A DNA stretch of 37,761 nt from an uncultured Bacilli bacterium (GCA_947624145.1 CANQIU010000003.1:1-37761); one strand, 5' to 3'; numbered from the stretch's first letter, positions 10,191 through 20,685 are shown. Translations and numbers: made by a program. Notes: generated by a model from the sequence alone, not told the origin.

Positions 10191-10997
10191 ATGAAAAAAA
10201 TTATCTTAATTATTTTAATTTCTCTTTTTGTAACTGGATGTGGAAGTAAAGAGTTAGAAACTAAGCAAAATAATTTTGTTAATGAATCAACTATTCCAGA
10301 CTATGAAGACCAACAAGAAGAAAAAGAATATAATCAAGTTTTTACTAATGAAGAAAAAAACGAAAATATTCCCAGTTCGATAGAAGAACCAAAACAAGAA
10401 ACCAAACCTAATCAAGATACTTTAGAGCCTAATGTAAGTAGTCCTAATTTTAAGGAAGAAGAAAAAGAAGAAACTATAACTTATTCGAATAAAGATAATA
10501 TCGCTATCAGTTCTATAGAAACTATTAATCAAAATGTTGATGATTTATTAAAAAAAGAAAAAAGCGAAGATACTAAAAGTAAATTAAAAGGTGTCTTTAT
10601 TACTTTAGTAGATTTTGTTTTTTATGATGGTCAAATTAAGGGCGTTACTTTTAATGAATTAACTGATGCTGGGAAAACTAAAGTTTTAAATCTTATTAAG
10701 ACAATTGATGAAAAAATTGAAAATTACTTTCCAAATTATAAAGAAAATATATCGACTAAAACTAAACAAGCTTTTACTAAGGCTAGTGAAATAATTAAAA
10801 ATGGGGCAAATAATCTAAATAATTTTGCTAAAGATAAATTAGGAGAAGAATATTACCAAGAAATAATTGACTCTAAAGATGAATTAGTTCTATATACTAA
10901 AAATGCTCTTTCTATAGTGGGTGATATTAGTAGTAACTTATTTACCAAGGCTAAGGATAGTCTTAAAAGTTGGTATGAAAATTTTAAAAATAAGTAA
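10191..10997 (+). CDS. Hypothetical lipoprotein
   Basis: Signal peptide with lipobox VTG-C, acidic low-complexity linker, helical C-terminal domain. Confidence 0.75.
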   Translation: MKKIILIILISLFVTGCGSKELETKQNNFVNESTIPDYEDQQEEKEYNQVFTNEEKNENIPSSIEEPKQETKPNQDTLEPNVSSPNFKEEEKEETITYSNKDNIAISSIETINQNVDDLLKKEKSEDTKSKLKGVFITLVDFVFYDGQIKGVTFNELTDAGKTKVLNLIKTIDEKIENYFPNYKENISTKTKQAFTKASEIIKNGANNLNNFAKDKLGEEYYQEIIDSKDELVLYTKNALSIVGDISSNLFTKAKDSLKSWYENFKNK

Positions 10998-11023
10998 TTG
11001 TTTTAAAGGGGAGTTTTGAAAAA

Positions 11024-12682
11024 ATGGATAAAGAATTAAAAAAAATAAAAAAACTATATGGCGAAGCCATGATGCATTTTTGTCGGGATAACTTTGCCCT
11101 TATTTTAGAAACTCCTGATTTACTTCTAAATATCCTAACGAGTAATTTTCATCCAACCCATGAATTATATAAAGATTTAGAAGAAAATTGTTTAATATTA
11201 CAATTTAAAGAATTTATTTTTGCTAAGGTAGGTAAAAAGGAAGAAAAAGAAATTAAAGTTACAGAGTCTCCGGAAGAACTAATGGCTCAAGTTGGCTATG
11301 ACTTATTCGAATGCTTAAGTGAAGACGATATTCAAAAGTTTCGAAAGTATTATGCCAAGGGCGAAGAACTATGTACCTTTTGGACCAATCGGTTAAAAAA
11401 TAATCGTGTCTTTTTTGCCGTGAAGAAAAATGTCGATGAGCTAAAAAGGGAAGATTTTAAGAATCCTAAAAGGCAAGACGAATATGGTACTAGTGTTATA
11501 AGTATTCAGTTTACGAAAGATGGCACTAATACTTTATCAATAAAGAATCGATATAATCACACGGTTAGCAATCCAGATGCAACATTCTCGAATAACCTAG
11601 ATAATATTATCCCAGGTCTTACGGATAGTTTCGAAGAATATTATGGACTAAAACAATTGTATAAAAATGAAAGCTTTGAAATACGAGGTTATGTTTTAGC
11701 TAATGATGGAAAATATTATAAATATAATTATGAAATAGATAATATTTATTATTGTCCTGATAATATAATCATTTATAATTTAGATGTTATAAAATACCCA
11801 AAAGAAAAATATCTTATTCTAGATTACTTTGTAATAGAATTAGTTGATAAAAGAATTATTCAATTTAATGATTATATAAAAGATTCTTTTTTAAAAAGTA
11901 TTAATGATATTCAAAAAATAGATATACTTAAGCAAAATGAAGAAAAAATAATATTAATAACTACAGAAAAAGGACCTATCGAAATAAAATTAGATAAATT
12001 AAATAGAATTATAGGATATAAAAATAATAATATAATCGAAATAGATAATAATTTTTTATATTTTAATGAAGTCCTAAATTGTATGGAAATAAATAAGGTT
12101 GAAAAAATTGGCGATAGTTTTTTATATAAAAATGAAAAATTAAAAAGATTAGTTGCACCAAACTTAAAAGAAGTAGATCGTTGGTTTTTAATGTATAATA
12201 GAGAGTTACTTGTTTTAGATTTACCCAATTTAAAACAAGTAGGAATATCTTTTTTAGACTGCAATAAAAAATTAAATGAATTATATTTACCTAAATTAGA
12301 AACAATTGATTCTAATTTTTTAGGTTCTAATCAAGCTTTAAAAAAAATCAATTTACCAAATTTAAAAGAAGTAGGGGCTTACTTTTTATATTATAATAAA
12401 AATCTAACTATTTTAAATTTACCTAAATTGAAAATTATTGGTAATCATTTTTTAACCTATAATACCAAATTGGAAACAATCTATTTACCTAATTTAAAAA
12501 CCGCCGGTTTAGATTTTTTAACTATACACGAAGATTGTGCTTTAAAAGTTTTTATTGCTCCTAAATTAACAGCGGTTGGCAATACAGATCCATTAGAATT
12601 GGGCAATATATATTCAAATTTACAAACATTTGTCGCAGGAAGTAAAAAGCCTCTTTCTTTAAAAAAGAACCGTAATTCTTGA
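11024..12682 (+). CDS. Leucine-rich-repeat protein (unknown conserved N-terminal domain plus ~8 22-aa BspA-like LRRs), paralog 1
   Basis: Repeats LxxLxLPxLxxIGxxFLxxN; N-terminal ~330 aa clearly homologous to the next gene; no signal peptide. Confidence 0.8.
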   Translation: MDKELKKIKKLYGEAMMHFCRDNFALILETPDLLLNILTSNFHPTHELYKDLEENCLILQFKEFIFAKVGKKEEKEIKVTESPEELMAQVGYDLFECLSEDDIQKFRKYYAKGEELCTFWTNRLKNNRVFFAVKKNVDELKREDFKNPKRQDEYGTSVISIQFTKDGTNTLSIKNRYNHTVSNPDATFSNNLDNIIPGLTDSFEEYYGLKQLYKNESFEIRGYVLANDGKYYKYNYEIDNIYYCPDNIIIYNLDVIKYPKEKYLILDYFVIELVDKRIIQFNDYIKDSFLKSINDIQKIDILKQNEEKIILITTEKGPIEIKLDKLNRIIGYKNNNIIEIDNNFLYFNEVLNCMEINKVEKIGDSFLYKNEKLKRLVAPNLKEVDRWFLMYNRELLVLDLPNLKQVGISFLDCNKKLNELYLPKLETIDSNFLGSNQALKKINLPNLKEVGAYFLYYNKNLTILNLPKLKIIGNHFLTYNTKLETIYLPNLKTAGLDFLTIHEDCALKVFIAPKLTAVGNTDPLELGNIYSNLQTFVAGSKKPLSLKKNRNS

Positions 12683-12707
12683 CTATTAAAGTAATTTATT
12701 ATAGACT
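12679..12707 (+). promoter_or_regulatory. Promoter-like element, copy 1
   Basis: TTGACT-17 nt-TAGACT; homologous copy at 14097-14125. Confidence 0.55.
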
Positions 12708-12733
12708 AAGAACTGTTTTAAGGTGAGTTTAAA

Positions 12734-14092
12734 ATGGATAAGGAACTAAAGAAAATAAAGAAGTTATATGGCGAAGCAATGATGCATTTTTGTCGGGATA
12801 ATTTTGCCCGTATTTTAGAAACTCCTGATTTACTTCTGAGTATTTTAACTAGTAATTTTTATCCAACCCATGAATTATATAAAGATATCGAAGGATATAA
12901 TTTAATTACGGAATTTAAAGGCTTTATTTTTAAAAAAAGTTTAAAAGAAGATAAGATAAAAGAAGCTAAGTTATCTCCCCAAAAGCTAATGGCTCAAGCT
13001 GGCTATAAACTATACGAATGTTTAACGGAAGAAGATATTCAAAAATTTCGGAAGTATTATGCTAAGGATGAAGAATTATGTACTTTTTGGACACATAGAT
13101 TAGATAAAGCTCAAGTTTTTTTTGCGGTTAAGAAAAATGTTAAAGATATTAAAAGAGAAGATTATAAGAATCCTAAAAGACAAGATGAATATGGCACTAG
13201 TGTTATAAGTATTCAGTTTACGAAAGATGACAATAATACTTTATCAATAAAGAATCGTTATAATCATACAGTTGAATATTCTGATGCCACATTTTCCAAT
13301 GACCTAGATAATATTATACCTGGTCTTACGGATAGTTTTGAATTATTTTATGGTTTAAAACAACGATATCCGCATGAAGGCTTAGAAATACCAGAATATC
13401 TAAAAGCTTTAGATGGTAAGTATTATAAATACAATTATGAAATAAATAATATTTATTATTGCCCGGATAATATCATAATAGATAACTTTATTGTAAAAAA
13501 ATATCCTAAAGAAAAATATCTGATATTTGATTATTTTATTCTAGATTTAGAAAAGAAAGAAATAAAAAGTTATGATAAAGAAAATTTTGATAGCTTTCCT
13601 GAAAGTATTGGCCAAATTAAAAAAATAGAAATAAAAAAAGAAAATGAAGAAAAAAATGTTTTAATTACTCCAGTTGAAGGAGAAGTAATTGAAATAAAAC
13701 TAGATAAAATAAATAGAATGATAAGTTATAAAAATAATAATATTATAAAAATGAAAGATTTTACTTTGTATTATAATAAGTATTTAAAAGAATTATATTT
13801 AAAGAATGTAGTAGAAATAGCTTATAAATGTCTTTGCTATAATATTTATGCCTTAAAAGTAATAGAGGCTCCTAATTTAAAAACAATTGGTTCTTATTTC
13901 TTAGAAGTTAATAATAGTCTTAGGATGCTTAATTTCCCTTGTTTAGAAGTTATTGGTGATTATGTCTTACAATATAATGAAACATTAGAAAGTTTTAATT
14001 TTTATAACATAACAACAATTGGTTCTAATTTCTTGCCTTATAATAAATTGATTAAAACTCCTGATAAACTTATTTTAAAAAAGAGAAAATGA
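12734..14092 (+). CDS. Leucine-rich-repeat protein, paralog 2 (~4 LRRs)
   Basis: Near-identical N-terminus (MDKELKKIKKLYGEAMMHFCRDNFA) and core (ELCTFW, KRQDEYGTSVISIQFTKD, LSIKNRYNHTV) to paralog 1. Confidence 0.8.
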   Translation: MDKELKKIKKLYGEAMMHFCRDNFARILETPDLLLSILTSNFYPTHELYKDIEGYNLITEFKGFIFKKSLKEDKIKEAKLSPQKLMAQAGYKLYECLTEEDIQKFRKYYAKDEELCTFWTHRLDKAQVFFAVKKNVKDIKREDYKNPKRQDEYGTSVISIQFTKDDNNTLSIKNRYNHTVEYSDATFSNDLDNIIPGLTDSFELFYGLKQRYPHEGLEIPEYLKALDGKYYKYNYEINNIYYCPDNIIIDNFIVKKYPKEKYLIFDYFILDLEKKEIKSYDKENFDSFPESIGQIKKIEIKKENEEKNVLITPVEGEVIEIKLDKINRMISYKNNNIIKMKDFTLYYNKYLKELYLKNVVEIAYKCLCYNIYALKVIEAPNLKTIGSYFLEVNNSLRMLNFPCLEVIGDYVLQYNETLESFNFYNITTIGSNFLPYNKLIKTPDKLILKKRK

Positions 14093-14096
14093 ATTC

Positions 14097-14125
14097 TTGA
14101 CTAATAAAATATTTTATTATAGACT
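14097..14125 (+). promoter_or_regulatory. Promoter-like element, copy 2
   Basis: TTGACT-17 nt-TAGACT after paralog 2. Confidence 0.55.
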
Positions 14126-14151
14126 TAAATTAAGGTAAGGAAAAGATAGTT

Positions 14152-14427
14152 ATGCAAGAATTAGTTATAAAAGAAATTAATAATTTTATTTATACTTTAG
14201 AAGGAAAAAATAATAAATATAAAATAAGTATGGAATTTAATATTGATTATCAACCCCAAGTAAATGATAAAATATATATGTATGATGAATTATTAAAAGA
14301 GAAATTTTTAAGTTTTGGCTTACTTGATCATGTCAGTGGTAGACAAATAAGAGATAGTAAAGATCCCGATTTAATTATTTTAGCTAATAATAATACTAAA
14401 ATGTTTTTAAAAAGACTATATGGTTAG
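14152..14427 (+). CDS. Hypothetical protein
   Basis: 91-aa ORF with RBS, upstream promoter and downstream terminator. Confidence 0.65.
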   Translation: MQELVIKEINNFIYTLEGKNNKYKISMEFNIDYQPQVNDKIYMYDELLKEKFLSFGLLDHVSGRQIRDSKDPDLIILANNNTKMFLKRLYG

Positions 14428-14452
14428 AAAGAAACTAAAATGTTTCTTTTTT
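14428..14452 (+). terminator. Weak intrinsic terminator
   Basis: AAAGAAAC-taaaat-GTTTCTTT followed by T run. Confidence 0.5.
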
Positions 14453-14516
14453 AGATTCTTCAAATAAGAGAGTTAAATAAAATATTATTTATGATAGAAT
14501 AGAAGTGGTGAATAAA

Positions 14517-15236
14517 ATGAATTTAGGAGAAAAAATAAAAGAACTTAGAATTAAAAATAATTTAACCCAAAGTGCTTTAGCTAATATGTTATATGTTTCT
14601 GATAAAACGATTTCTAGTTGGGAAGTTAGTAGAACTATCCCAGATGTTGATATGTTATTTAAATTAGCTAAAGTTTTAAATACAAGTATCTATAACTTAG
14701 TAGAAGATAATTATTATAATGCTTTACCTCTAGAAATTGAAGTAAAATTAAAATTAGATGAATATACTTTTAATAAATTATTAAATTTAATAAAAACAAA
14801 AGAAGATAATTTAAAAGAAGTTCACCAAATAGATACCTATTTTAATCTAAATAAAAAAGAATATAAAGAAGTTTTAAGAATTAGAAACGAAAATAATAAA
14901 TATATTTTAGGATATAAAAAAGAAAATAAAGATAAGTCATATGAAGAATATGAAAGTATTATAGATAATCCTTTAAATATAGAAAGAATATTAATAGCTT
15001 TAGGTTTAAAGAAAATTGGAGTAATTGAGAAAAAAAGAATAAAAATATTATATAAAGAAAAGTATGAATTTGCTTTTGATAATGTTAAGAATATAGGACT
15101 TTTTTTAGAAATAGAAGTTAAAAGATTTGATGAAGATAATTTAAATGAGATAAATAAGTTAATAGAACTATTACATGAATTTAATTTAGATTTAAATTTA
15201 ATAGATTCTAAAAGATATAGTGATTATTTAAATTAA
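14517..15236 (+). CDS. XRE-family HTH fused to a CYTH (class IV adenylate cyclase/triphosphatase-like) domain
   Basis: N-terminal LGEKIKELR..LTQ..LA..VS..TISSWE; C-terminal EIEVK (ExExK), HQIDTYF, LRIR, FLEIE. ATG 14517 preferred over GTG 14505. Confidence 0.85.
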   Translation: MNLGEKIKELRIKNNLTQSALANMLYVSDKTISSWEVSRTIPDVDMLFKLAKVLNTSIYNLVEDNYYNALPLEIEVKLKLDEYTFNKLLNLIKTKEDNLKEVHQIDTYFNLNKKEYKEVLRIRNENNKYILGYKKENKDKSYEEYESIIDNPLNIERILIALGLKKIGVIEKKRIKILYKEKYEFAFDNVKNIGLFLEIEVKRFDEDNLNEINKLIELLHEFNLDLNLIDSKRYSDYLN

Positions 15237-15277
15237 TTAATTTTTAACATAAAATTATAAAAAAAGATAAAAATAAT

Positions 15278-15309
15278 AACAAGGAAACAGCTAGACGTTT
15301 CCTTGTTTT
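15278..15309 (+). terminator. Intrinsic terminator
   Basis: 11-bp stem AACAAGGAAAC / GTTTCCTTGTT followed by Ts. Confidence 0.7.
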
Positions 15310-15362
15310 GTTAATAAAAGAGTGATAAAATATATTAATGTAATTAAATAAGGAGGAAACCA

Positions 15363-17303
15363 ATGTTTGAACTTATTTCTAAATATGAACCAAGTGGGGA
15401 TCAACCTAAGGCAATAAAAGAACTTGTTGAAGGTATTAAAAATGGCAAAAAAGAACAAGTTTTACTTGGGGCAACGGGAACCGGAAAGACTTTTACAATT
15501 GCCAATGTAATTAAAGAAGTTAATAAACCTACTTTAGTTTTAGCTCATAATAAAACTTTAGCCGGCCAACTTTATAGCGAGTTAAAAGAACTATTTCCTA
15601 ATAATCATGTGGAATATTTTATTAGTTATTATGATTATTATCAACCTGAAGCTTATGTGCCATCCAGTGATACTTATATTGAAAAAGATTCATCAATTAA
15701 TGATGAAATAGATGAATTAAGACATGCTGCGACCAGTGCTTTAATTAACTATCAAGATGTTATCGTAGTTGCTTCGGTTTCTTGTATCTATGGCATTGGG
15801 GAAAAAGAAGAATACGAAAAAAATATGTTAATCTTAACGGTTGGTCAAAATATTAGTCGAAATAAGATTGTTAATCGTTTAGTGGATATGACTTATGAAA
15901 GAAGTGATCTTGATTTTCACCGGGGAACCTTTAGAGTTAGAGGAAATAATGTTGATATCATTCCGGTTAATGAAAAGGTAAGTGGTATTAGAATTATTTT
16001 AGAAGATGATATTGTTTCGGAAATTGTTACATTTGACCCCGTGACTGGCGCAGTTTTACAAAGTAAAAAAAGCATAACTATCTCGCCAGCTTCCCACTTT
16101 GTAACAAGCAAAGAAAAAATGGATGAAGCTATAAAAAGAATTGAAGAAGAATTAAAGTTAAGATTAGAAGAATTAAAGGGGCAAAATAAATTAGTAGAAG
16201 AACAAAGATTAAGAGAAAGAACTAATTATGATATTGAAATGCTTAAAGAAACAGGTTTTTGCAGTGGTATTGAAAACTATTCTCGGCATCTAGCTTTAAG
16301 AGGACCTGGGGAAACTCCCTCTTGTTTAATGGACTTCTTCCCAAAAGATTTTTTATTAGTTGTTGATGAATCTCATGTAACTTTGCCCCAAGTAAGAGGA
16401 ATGTATAATGGCGATAGAATGCGTAAACAAACACTAGTAGATTATGGTTTTCGTCTGCCCAGTGCTTTAGATAACCGGCCTTTAAGGTATGAAGAATTTG
16501 AAAATCATATTAAACAAGCCATTTATGTATCCGCAACCCCAGGGGACTATGAACTAAAAAAAACTAAGGGGGAATATGTAGAACAAATCATAAGACCTAC
16601 AGGGCTATTAGATCCTTTAATTGAAGTAAGACCATCGGAAGGGCAAATCGATGATATAATCTTAGAAATAAATAAACGTAAAGAAAAAAATGAAAGAGTT
16701 TTAATTACGACTTTAACAATTCGAATGAGCGAAGAATTAACTAACTATTTAAAAGAAATGAATATTAAAGTAGCTTATCTTCATAGTGAAATTAAATCTT
16801 TAGAAAGACTAAAAATAATTCAAGATTTACGAAGTGGCGTCTATGATTGTGTTGTTGGTATTAATCTTTTAAGAGAAGGCTTAGATATTCCGGAAGTTAG
16901 TTTAATTTGTATCTTAGATGCTGATAAACAAGGGTTCTTACGTAGTACAAGAAGTTTAATTCAAACGATTGGTAGATGTGCCCGTAATGCTAATGGTATG
17001 GTTTTAATGTATGCTGATGTGGTAAGTGAGTCGATGCAAGAAGCCATAGAAGAAACTAAAAGAAGAAGAGAAATACAAGATAAATATAACAAGGAACATG
17101 GAATAATTCCAAAAACTATTACCAAAGAAATAAAAGAAGTTATTTCTAATAATGTTGTGGTTAAAGAAGAAAAATTAAGTAAGAAAGAAAAACTTCGTTT
17201 AATGAGTCAAATTGAAGATGAAATGAAAGAAGCGGCAAAGAAAATGGACTTTGAAAGAGCCATGGAATTAAGAGATATTTTATTTGAAATGAAAAGTAAT
17301 TAA
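15363..17303 (+). CDS. uvrB: Excinuclease ABC subunit B
   Basis: [38 protein letters not shown]-terminal UVR domain. Confidence 0.98.
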   Translation: MFELISKYEPSGDQPKAIKELVEGIKNGKKEQVLLGATGTGKTFTIANVIKEVNKPTLVLAHNKTLAGQLYSELKELFPNNHVEYFISYYDYYQPEAYVPSSDTYIEKDSSINDEIDELRHAATSALINYQDVIVVASVSCIYGIGEKEEYEKNMLILTVGQNISRNKIVNRLVDMTYERSDLDFHRGTFRVRGNNVDIIPVNEKVSGIRIILEDDIVSEIVTFDPVTGAVLQSKKSITISPASHFVTSKEKMDEAIKRIEEELKLRLEELKGQNKLVEEQRLRERTNYDIEMLKETGFCSGIENYSRHLALRGPGETPSCLMDFFPKDFLLVVDESHVTLPQVRGMYNGDRMRKQTLVDYGFRLPSALDNRPLRYEEFENHIKQAIYVSATPGDYELKKTKGEYVEQIIRPTGLLDPLIEVRPSEGQIDDIILEINKRKEKNERVLITTLTIRMSEELTNYLKEMNIKVAYLHSEIKSLERLKIIQDLRSGVYDCVVGINLLREGLDIPEVSLICILDADKQGFLRSTRSLIQTIGRCARNANGMVLMYADVVSESMQEAIEETKRRREIQDKYNKEHGIIPKTITKEIKEVISNNVVVKEEKLSKKEKLRLMSQIEDEMKEAAKKMDFERAMELRDILFEMKSN

Positions 17304-17361
17304 TAAAACCATAAAAATGTGATATACTCATAAGGGTTAAAAAAGAAAGAGGTAAAAAAAT

Positions 17362-18987
17362 ATGGCAGTAACATATATATTTGGACATAAAAATCCCGAT
17401 ACGGATAGTGTTTGTTCCGCGATTGCATTATCCTATTTAAAAAATGAACTAGGTGAAAAAACTATTCCGAAAGTAATTGGTAATATTAATAAAGAAACAA
17501 GATTTGTCTTAGATTATTTTAAGATAGATTTACCTAGTTATTTAAATGATGTAAAGGTAAGAATTAAAAATATTCGTTTTAATCGTAAAGCTTATATTAA
17601 TGAATATTCTTCGATTCATCAAGCTTTTAAATTAATGCAAAAAGAAAATATAACAGCTATTCCCTTAGTTAATGCTAATAAAAACTTAACGGGATATGTT
17701 ACTTTAAAAGAATTAGCTAAGTATTTAATTAATGGTGATAAAGAAAAAATAAATACGACTTTAAATAATATTCTAGAAGTTTTAGAAGCTAATGTAATTA
17801 CGAAAGCAAGTGATTTAATTGAAGGAAAAATCTTAGTAGCGGGAATGAAATCAAAAGCCTTTAAAGATACAATTGACTTAAGTGGGGAAGAAATATTAAT
17901 TGTAGGTGATAGATATCGGATCTTAGATTATGCCATAGAATCCCAAGTTAAATTAATTATCTTACCCTTAAATAGTAAAATAGAAGATAAATTAATCAAA
18001 AGAGCCGAGAAGAATAAAGTTACAATTATTGAAACTCCTTTAGATAGTTATCAAATATCCCATAAAATTTTACTTAGTAATTATATTAAAAGTATTAATA
18101 CTAATATGCATCCTATAACCGTTAATACAGAGGATTATTATAGTGATTTTAAACAAATGCTACATAAAATAAATCATACTAATTATCCAGTTATAAATAA
18201 AAAGGGGGAATGTGTAGGCTTAATAAGACTAACTGGACCAAATAGCTATGAAAAACAAAAAGTAATTTTAGTCGATCATAATAATTTAGATCAATCAGTA
18301 GATGGTATAGAAGAAGCTGAAATATTAGAAATTATTGATCACCATAATTTAGGGGCAATAGGAACAACGATTCCCATTAATTTTATTAGTAAACCAGTAG
18401 GTTGTACCTCTACTATGATTTATGAAATGTTTTTAGATAAGAATGTCGATATTCCTAAAGAAATGGCTGGTTTAATGCTGTCAGCTATCCTTTCTGATAC
18501 GCTTTCTTTAACTAGTCCTACAACAACAGATGATGATAAGTTTGCTGCCATAAAGCTTGCCAAAATAGCTAAAGTAGATATGGATAAATATGGAAGGCAA
18601 ATGTTAAAAGCGGCAAGTAGCATTAAAGATATGAGTTTTGAAGAAGCTTTATTAAATGACTTTAAAGTCTTTAACATGGATAAAAAGATGATTGGTATCA
18701 GTCAAATTATGACCATGGATATTGAATATATTGAAGAAAATAAAGATAAGTTTATTGAAATCCTTAATAAAATGTGTAATCGCGAATATTATATGGTGGC
18801 AATCTTTATAACGGATGTTATTAAAAATGGATCTTATGTCTTATATAATACAAGTTCCGAAAATATTATAAGAGATAGTTTTGGTTTAAAAAGTGTTAAA
18901 GAAGGTTTATTCTTACCTAAAATAGTTTCAAGGAAAAAACAAATGCTTCCTAGTATAATGAGTACGATTGAAGGGGATAATATCTAG
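17362..18987 (+). CDS. ppaC: Mn-dependent inorganic pyrophosphatase (family II) with CBS-DRTGG insert
   Basis: GHKNPDTDS, LVDHN, IIDHH (DHH), ILSDT, SRKKQ; ~230-aa insert containing IVGDR. Confidence 0.92.
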   Translation: MAVTYIFGHKNPDTDSVCSAIALSYLKNELGEKTIPKVIGNINKETRFVLDYFKIDLPSYLNDVKVRIKNIRFNRKAYINEYSSIHQAFKLMQKENITAIPLVNANKNLTGYVTLKELAKYLINGDKEKINTTLNNILEVLEANVITKASDLIEGKILVAGMKSKAFKDTIDLSGEEILIVGDRYRILDYAIESQVKLIILPLNSKIEDKLIKRAEKNKVTIIETPLDSYQISHKILLSNYIKSINTNMHPITVNTEDYYSDFKQMLHKINHTNYPVINKKGECVGLIRLTGPNSYEKQKVILVDHNNLDQSVDGIEEAEILEIIDHHNLGAIGTTIPINFISKPVGCTSTMIYEMFLDKNVDIPKEMAGLMLSAILSDTLSLTSPTTTDDDKFAAIKLAKIAKVDMDKYGRQMLKAASSIKDMSFEEALLNDFKVFNMDKKMIGISQIMTMDIEYIEENKDKFIEILNKMCNREYYMVAIFITDVIKNGSYVLYNTSSENIIRDSFGLKSVKEGLFLPKIVSRKKQMLPSIMSTIEGDNI

Positions 18988-18997
18988 GGTGAGATAG

Positions 18998-19765
18998 ATG
19001 AAAGCATTAGTTACAGGAGCTTCCAGTGGGATTGGCAAATCTTTAAGTTTATATTTAGCTTCTTTAGGTTATGACTTAATTTTAGTAGCAAGAAATAAAG
19101 AGGCCATGGAAGAGGTAAAAAAGAAAGTAAAAACTAAAACTAAAATAATTCCTCTTGATTTATTAAAAGAAGAAAATGTTTATAAATTATATGATTTAGT
19201 TAAAAATGAAGATATTGATATTTTAATCAATAATGCGGGATTTGGTTTATTTGGAGAATTTTCTAAAACGGATTTAAATCGGGAATTAGAGATGATTGAT
19301 TTAAATATTAAAGCTTATCATATTTTAACAAAGTTATTTTTAAAAGATTTTATATTAAAAGATTCTGGTTATATTCTAAATGTTTGTTCTTCGGCTGGTT
19401 TTATGGCAGGACCTAATATGAGTACCTATTATGCTACTAAAAATTATGTAACTAAATTAACAATGGCCATCAATGAAGAGTTAAGACAAGCAAAAAGTAA
19501 GGTTCATATAAGTGCTTTATGTCCCGGACCAGTGGCTACTAATTTTAATAAAGTGGCCCATGGAGCTTTTGCTTTAAAAGAGGCCTCTGCGGAATATGTG
19601 GCTAAATATGCAATAAATCAAATGTTGCGTGGAAAAATGCTTATTGTTCCTAAAATTAGGATGAAACTAACGCTTTTTATGATTCGTTTTGCTCCCTATA
19701 GATTACAACTTATGATTGCTTATCATATTCAATATCGTAAGGAACATGGTAAAAAAGTAAAATAG
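18998..19765 (+). CDS. Short-chain dehydrogenase/reductase
   Basis: TGASSGIG, NNAG, YxxxK (YYATK), LCPG motifs. Confidence 0.92.
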   Translation: MKALVTGASSGIGKSLSLYLASLGYDLILVARNKEAMEEVKKKVKTKTKIIPLDLLKEENVYKLYDLVKNEDIDILINNAGFGLFGEFSKTDLNRELEMIDLNIKAYHILTKLFLKDFILKDSGYILNVCSSAGFMAGPNMSTYYATKNYVTKLTMAINEELRQAKSKVHISALCPGPVATNFNKVAHGAFALKEASAEYVAKYAINQMLRGKMLIVPKIRMKLTLFMIRFAPYRLQLMIAYHIQYRKEHGKKVK

Positions 19766-19845
19766 AAAATGTTAATAAAATGATGAGTTTGTGTTGTCAA
19801 AAAAAATCTTAAGTTATAATAAATGCATGAAAGGAGTTCTAATTA

Positions 19846-20514
19846 GTGAAAGAAAATAAATTTTTAATTATTTTGGTAATTGTTTTAAGTATATTATTAG
19901 CAGGTTCTATAGGATATATTGTAGCTATGAAGGTTAATGATAATAAAGAAACAGAAGTTAACAACAATAATAATAAAGAAACAGAAGTTAACAACAATAA
20001 TAATAATAAAGAAACAGAAGTTAACAACAATAATAATAATAACAATAATAGTAATGATAATGTTCAAGAAAATCAAGAAAACAATAGCCTTCCTGAAACT
20101 GAGGCTTTGGCAATTGGTCAAAAATTATATGAAGATTTACTAAGTTATTTCTTTGATAATATAAAATATTCAACATCTGGTTATCTTGATTCTTCAAAGG
20201 ATAGTAGTTGTAAAGTCGGAATAGGTTGTATACCAATAACTAATTGGTCTTCATTTGAAGAAATAGTTAGTAAAGATTATCAATATAATAAGACTACTTT
20301 AGAAAAATATGGAGTAGAAATGATTAATGATAAGCCTTACATTATAGATGGCTATGCTGATTATGATATTATAGATTTTAAATTAAGTATTAAAAGTCAA
20401 TCAGAAAATAGAATTGAATTTCAAAATAACTTAACTACTTCAGAAGGTAAAGAAAGTTGTAAATTAATTATAGTTAAAGAAAATAATAATTGGAAAATTC
20501 AAGATTTTAATTAG
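19846..20514 (+). CDS. Membrane-anchored protein with Asn-rich repeat linker
   Basis: GTG start with AAAGGAG RBS, N-terminal TM, (KETEVNNNN+)x3. Confidence 0.75.
   Translation: MKENKFLIILVIVLSILLAGSIGYIVAMKVNDNKETEVNNNNNKETEVNNNNNNKETEVNNNNNNNNNSNDNVQENQENNSLPETEALAIGQKLYEDLLSYFFDNIKYSTSGYLDSSKDSSCKVGIGCIPITNWSSFEEIVSKDYQYNKTTLEKYGVEMINDKPYIIDGYADYDIIDFKLSIKSQSENRIEFQNNLTTSEGKESCKLIIVKENNNWKIQDFN
19942..20050 (+). repeat. In-frame tandem repeat (30/33-bp units x3) with AAT/AAC microsatellite
   Basis: AATAAAGAAACAGAAGTTAACAACAATAAT starting at 19942, 19972 and 20005. Confidence 0.9.
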
Positions 20515-20515
20515 T

Positions 20516-20544
20516 AAATTAGGATATTAATTCCTAATTTTTTT
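20516..20544 (+). terminator. Intrinsic terminator
   Basis: AAATTAGGA-loop-TCCTAATTT followed by T run. Confidence 0.65.
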
Positions 20545-20551
20545 AAAAAAT

Positions 20552-20635
20552 CTTGATTTGGTGTAAAAACGGTGTTTCAAAATTCTTGATTTGGTGTAAA
20601 AATGATACTTTAAAAAACTTGATTTGGTGTAAAAA
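20552..20635 (+). repeat. Three 18-bp direct repeats with exact 33-bp period
   Basis: CTTGATTTGGTGTAAAAA at 20552, 20585 and 20618. Confidence 0.9.
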
Positions 20636-20685
20636 CGTTGTATTTTAACTAAATATATTATATAATTAATATAGGTGAGACCTAC

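Noticed and set aside
11024-14092. Diversity-generating retroelement acting on the LRR paralogs
   Set aside because: No reverse transcriptase and no adenine-specific TR/VR pair seen
19839-20236. Four short overlapping ORFs with poly-L/I/Y tracts
   Set aside because: Artifacts of the AAT/AAC repeat read in other frames
20552-20635. Possible mini-CRISPR array
   Set aside because: Repeats are 18 bp, spacers only 15 bp and mutually similar, and there are no cas genes in the window
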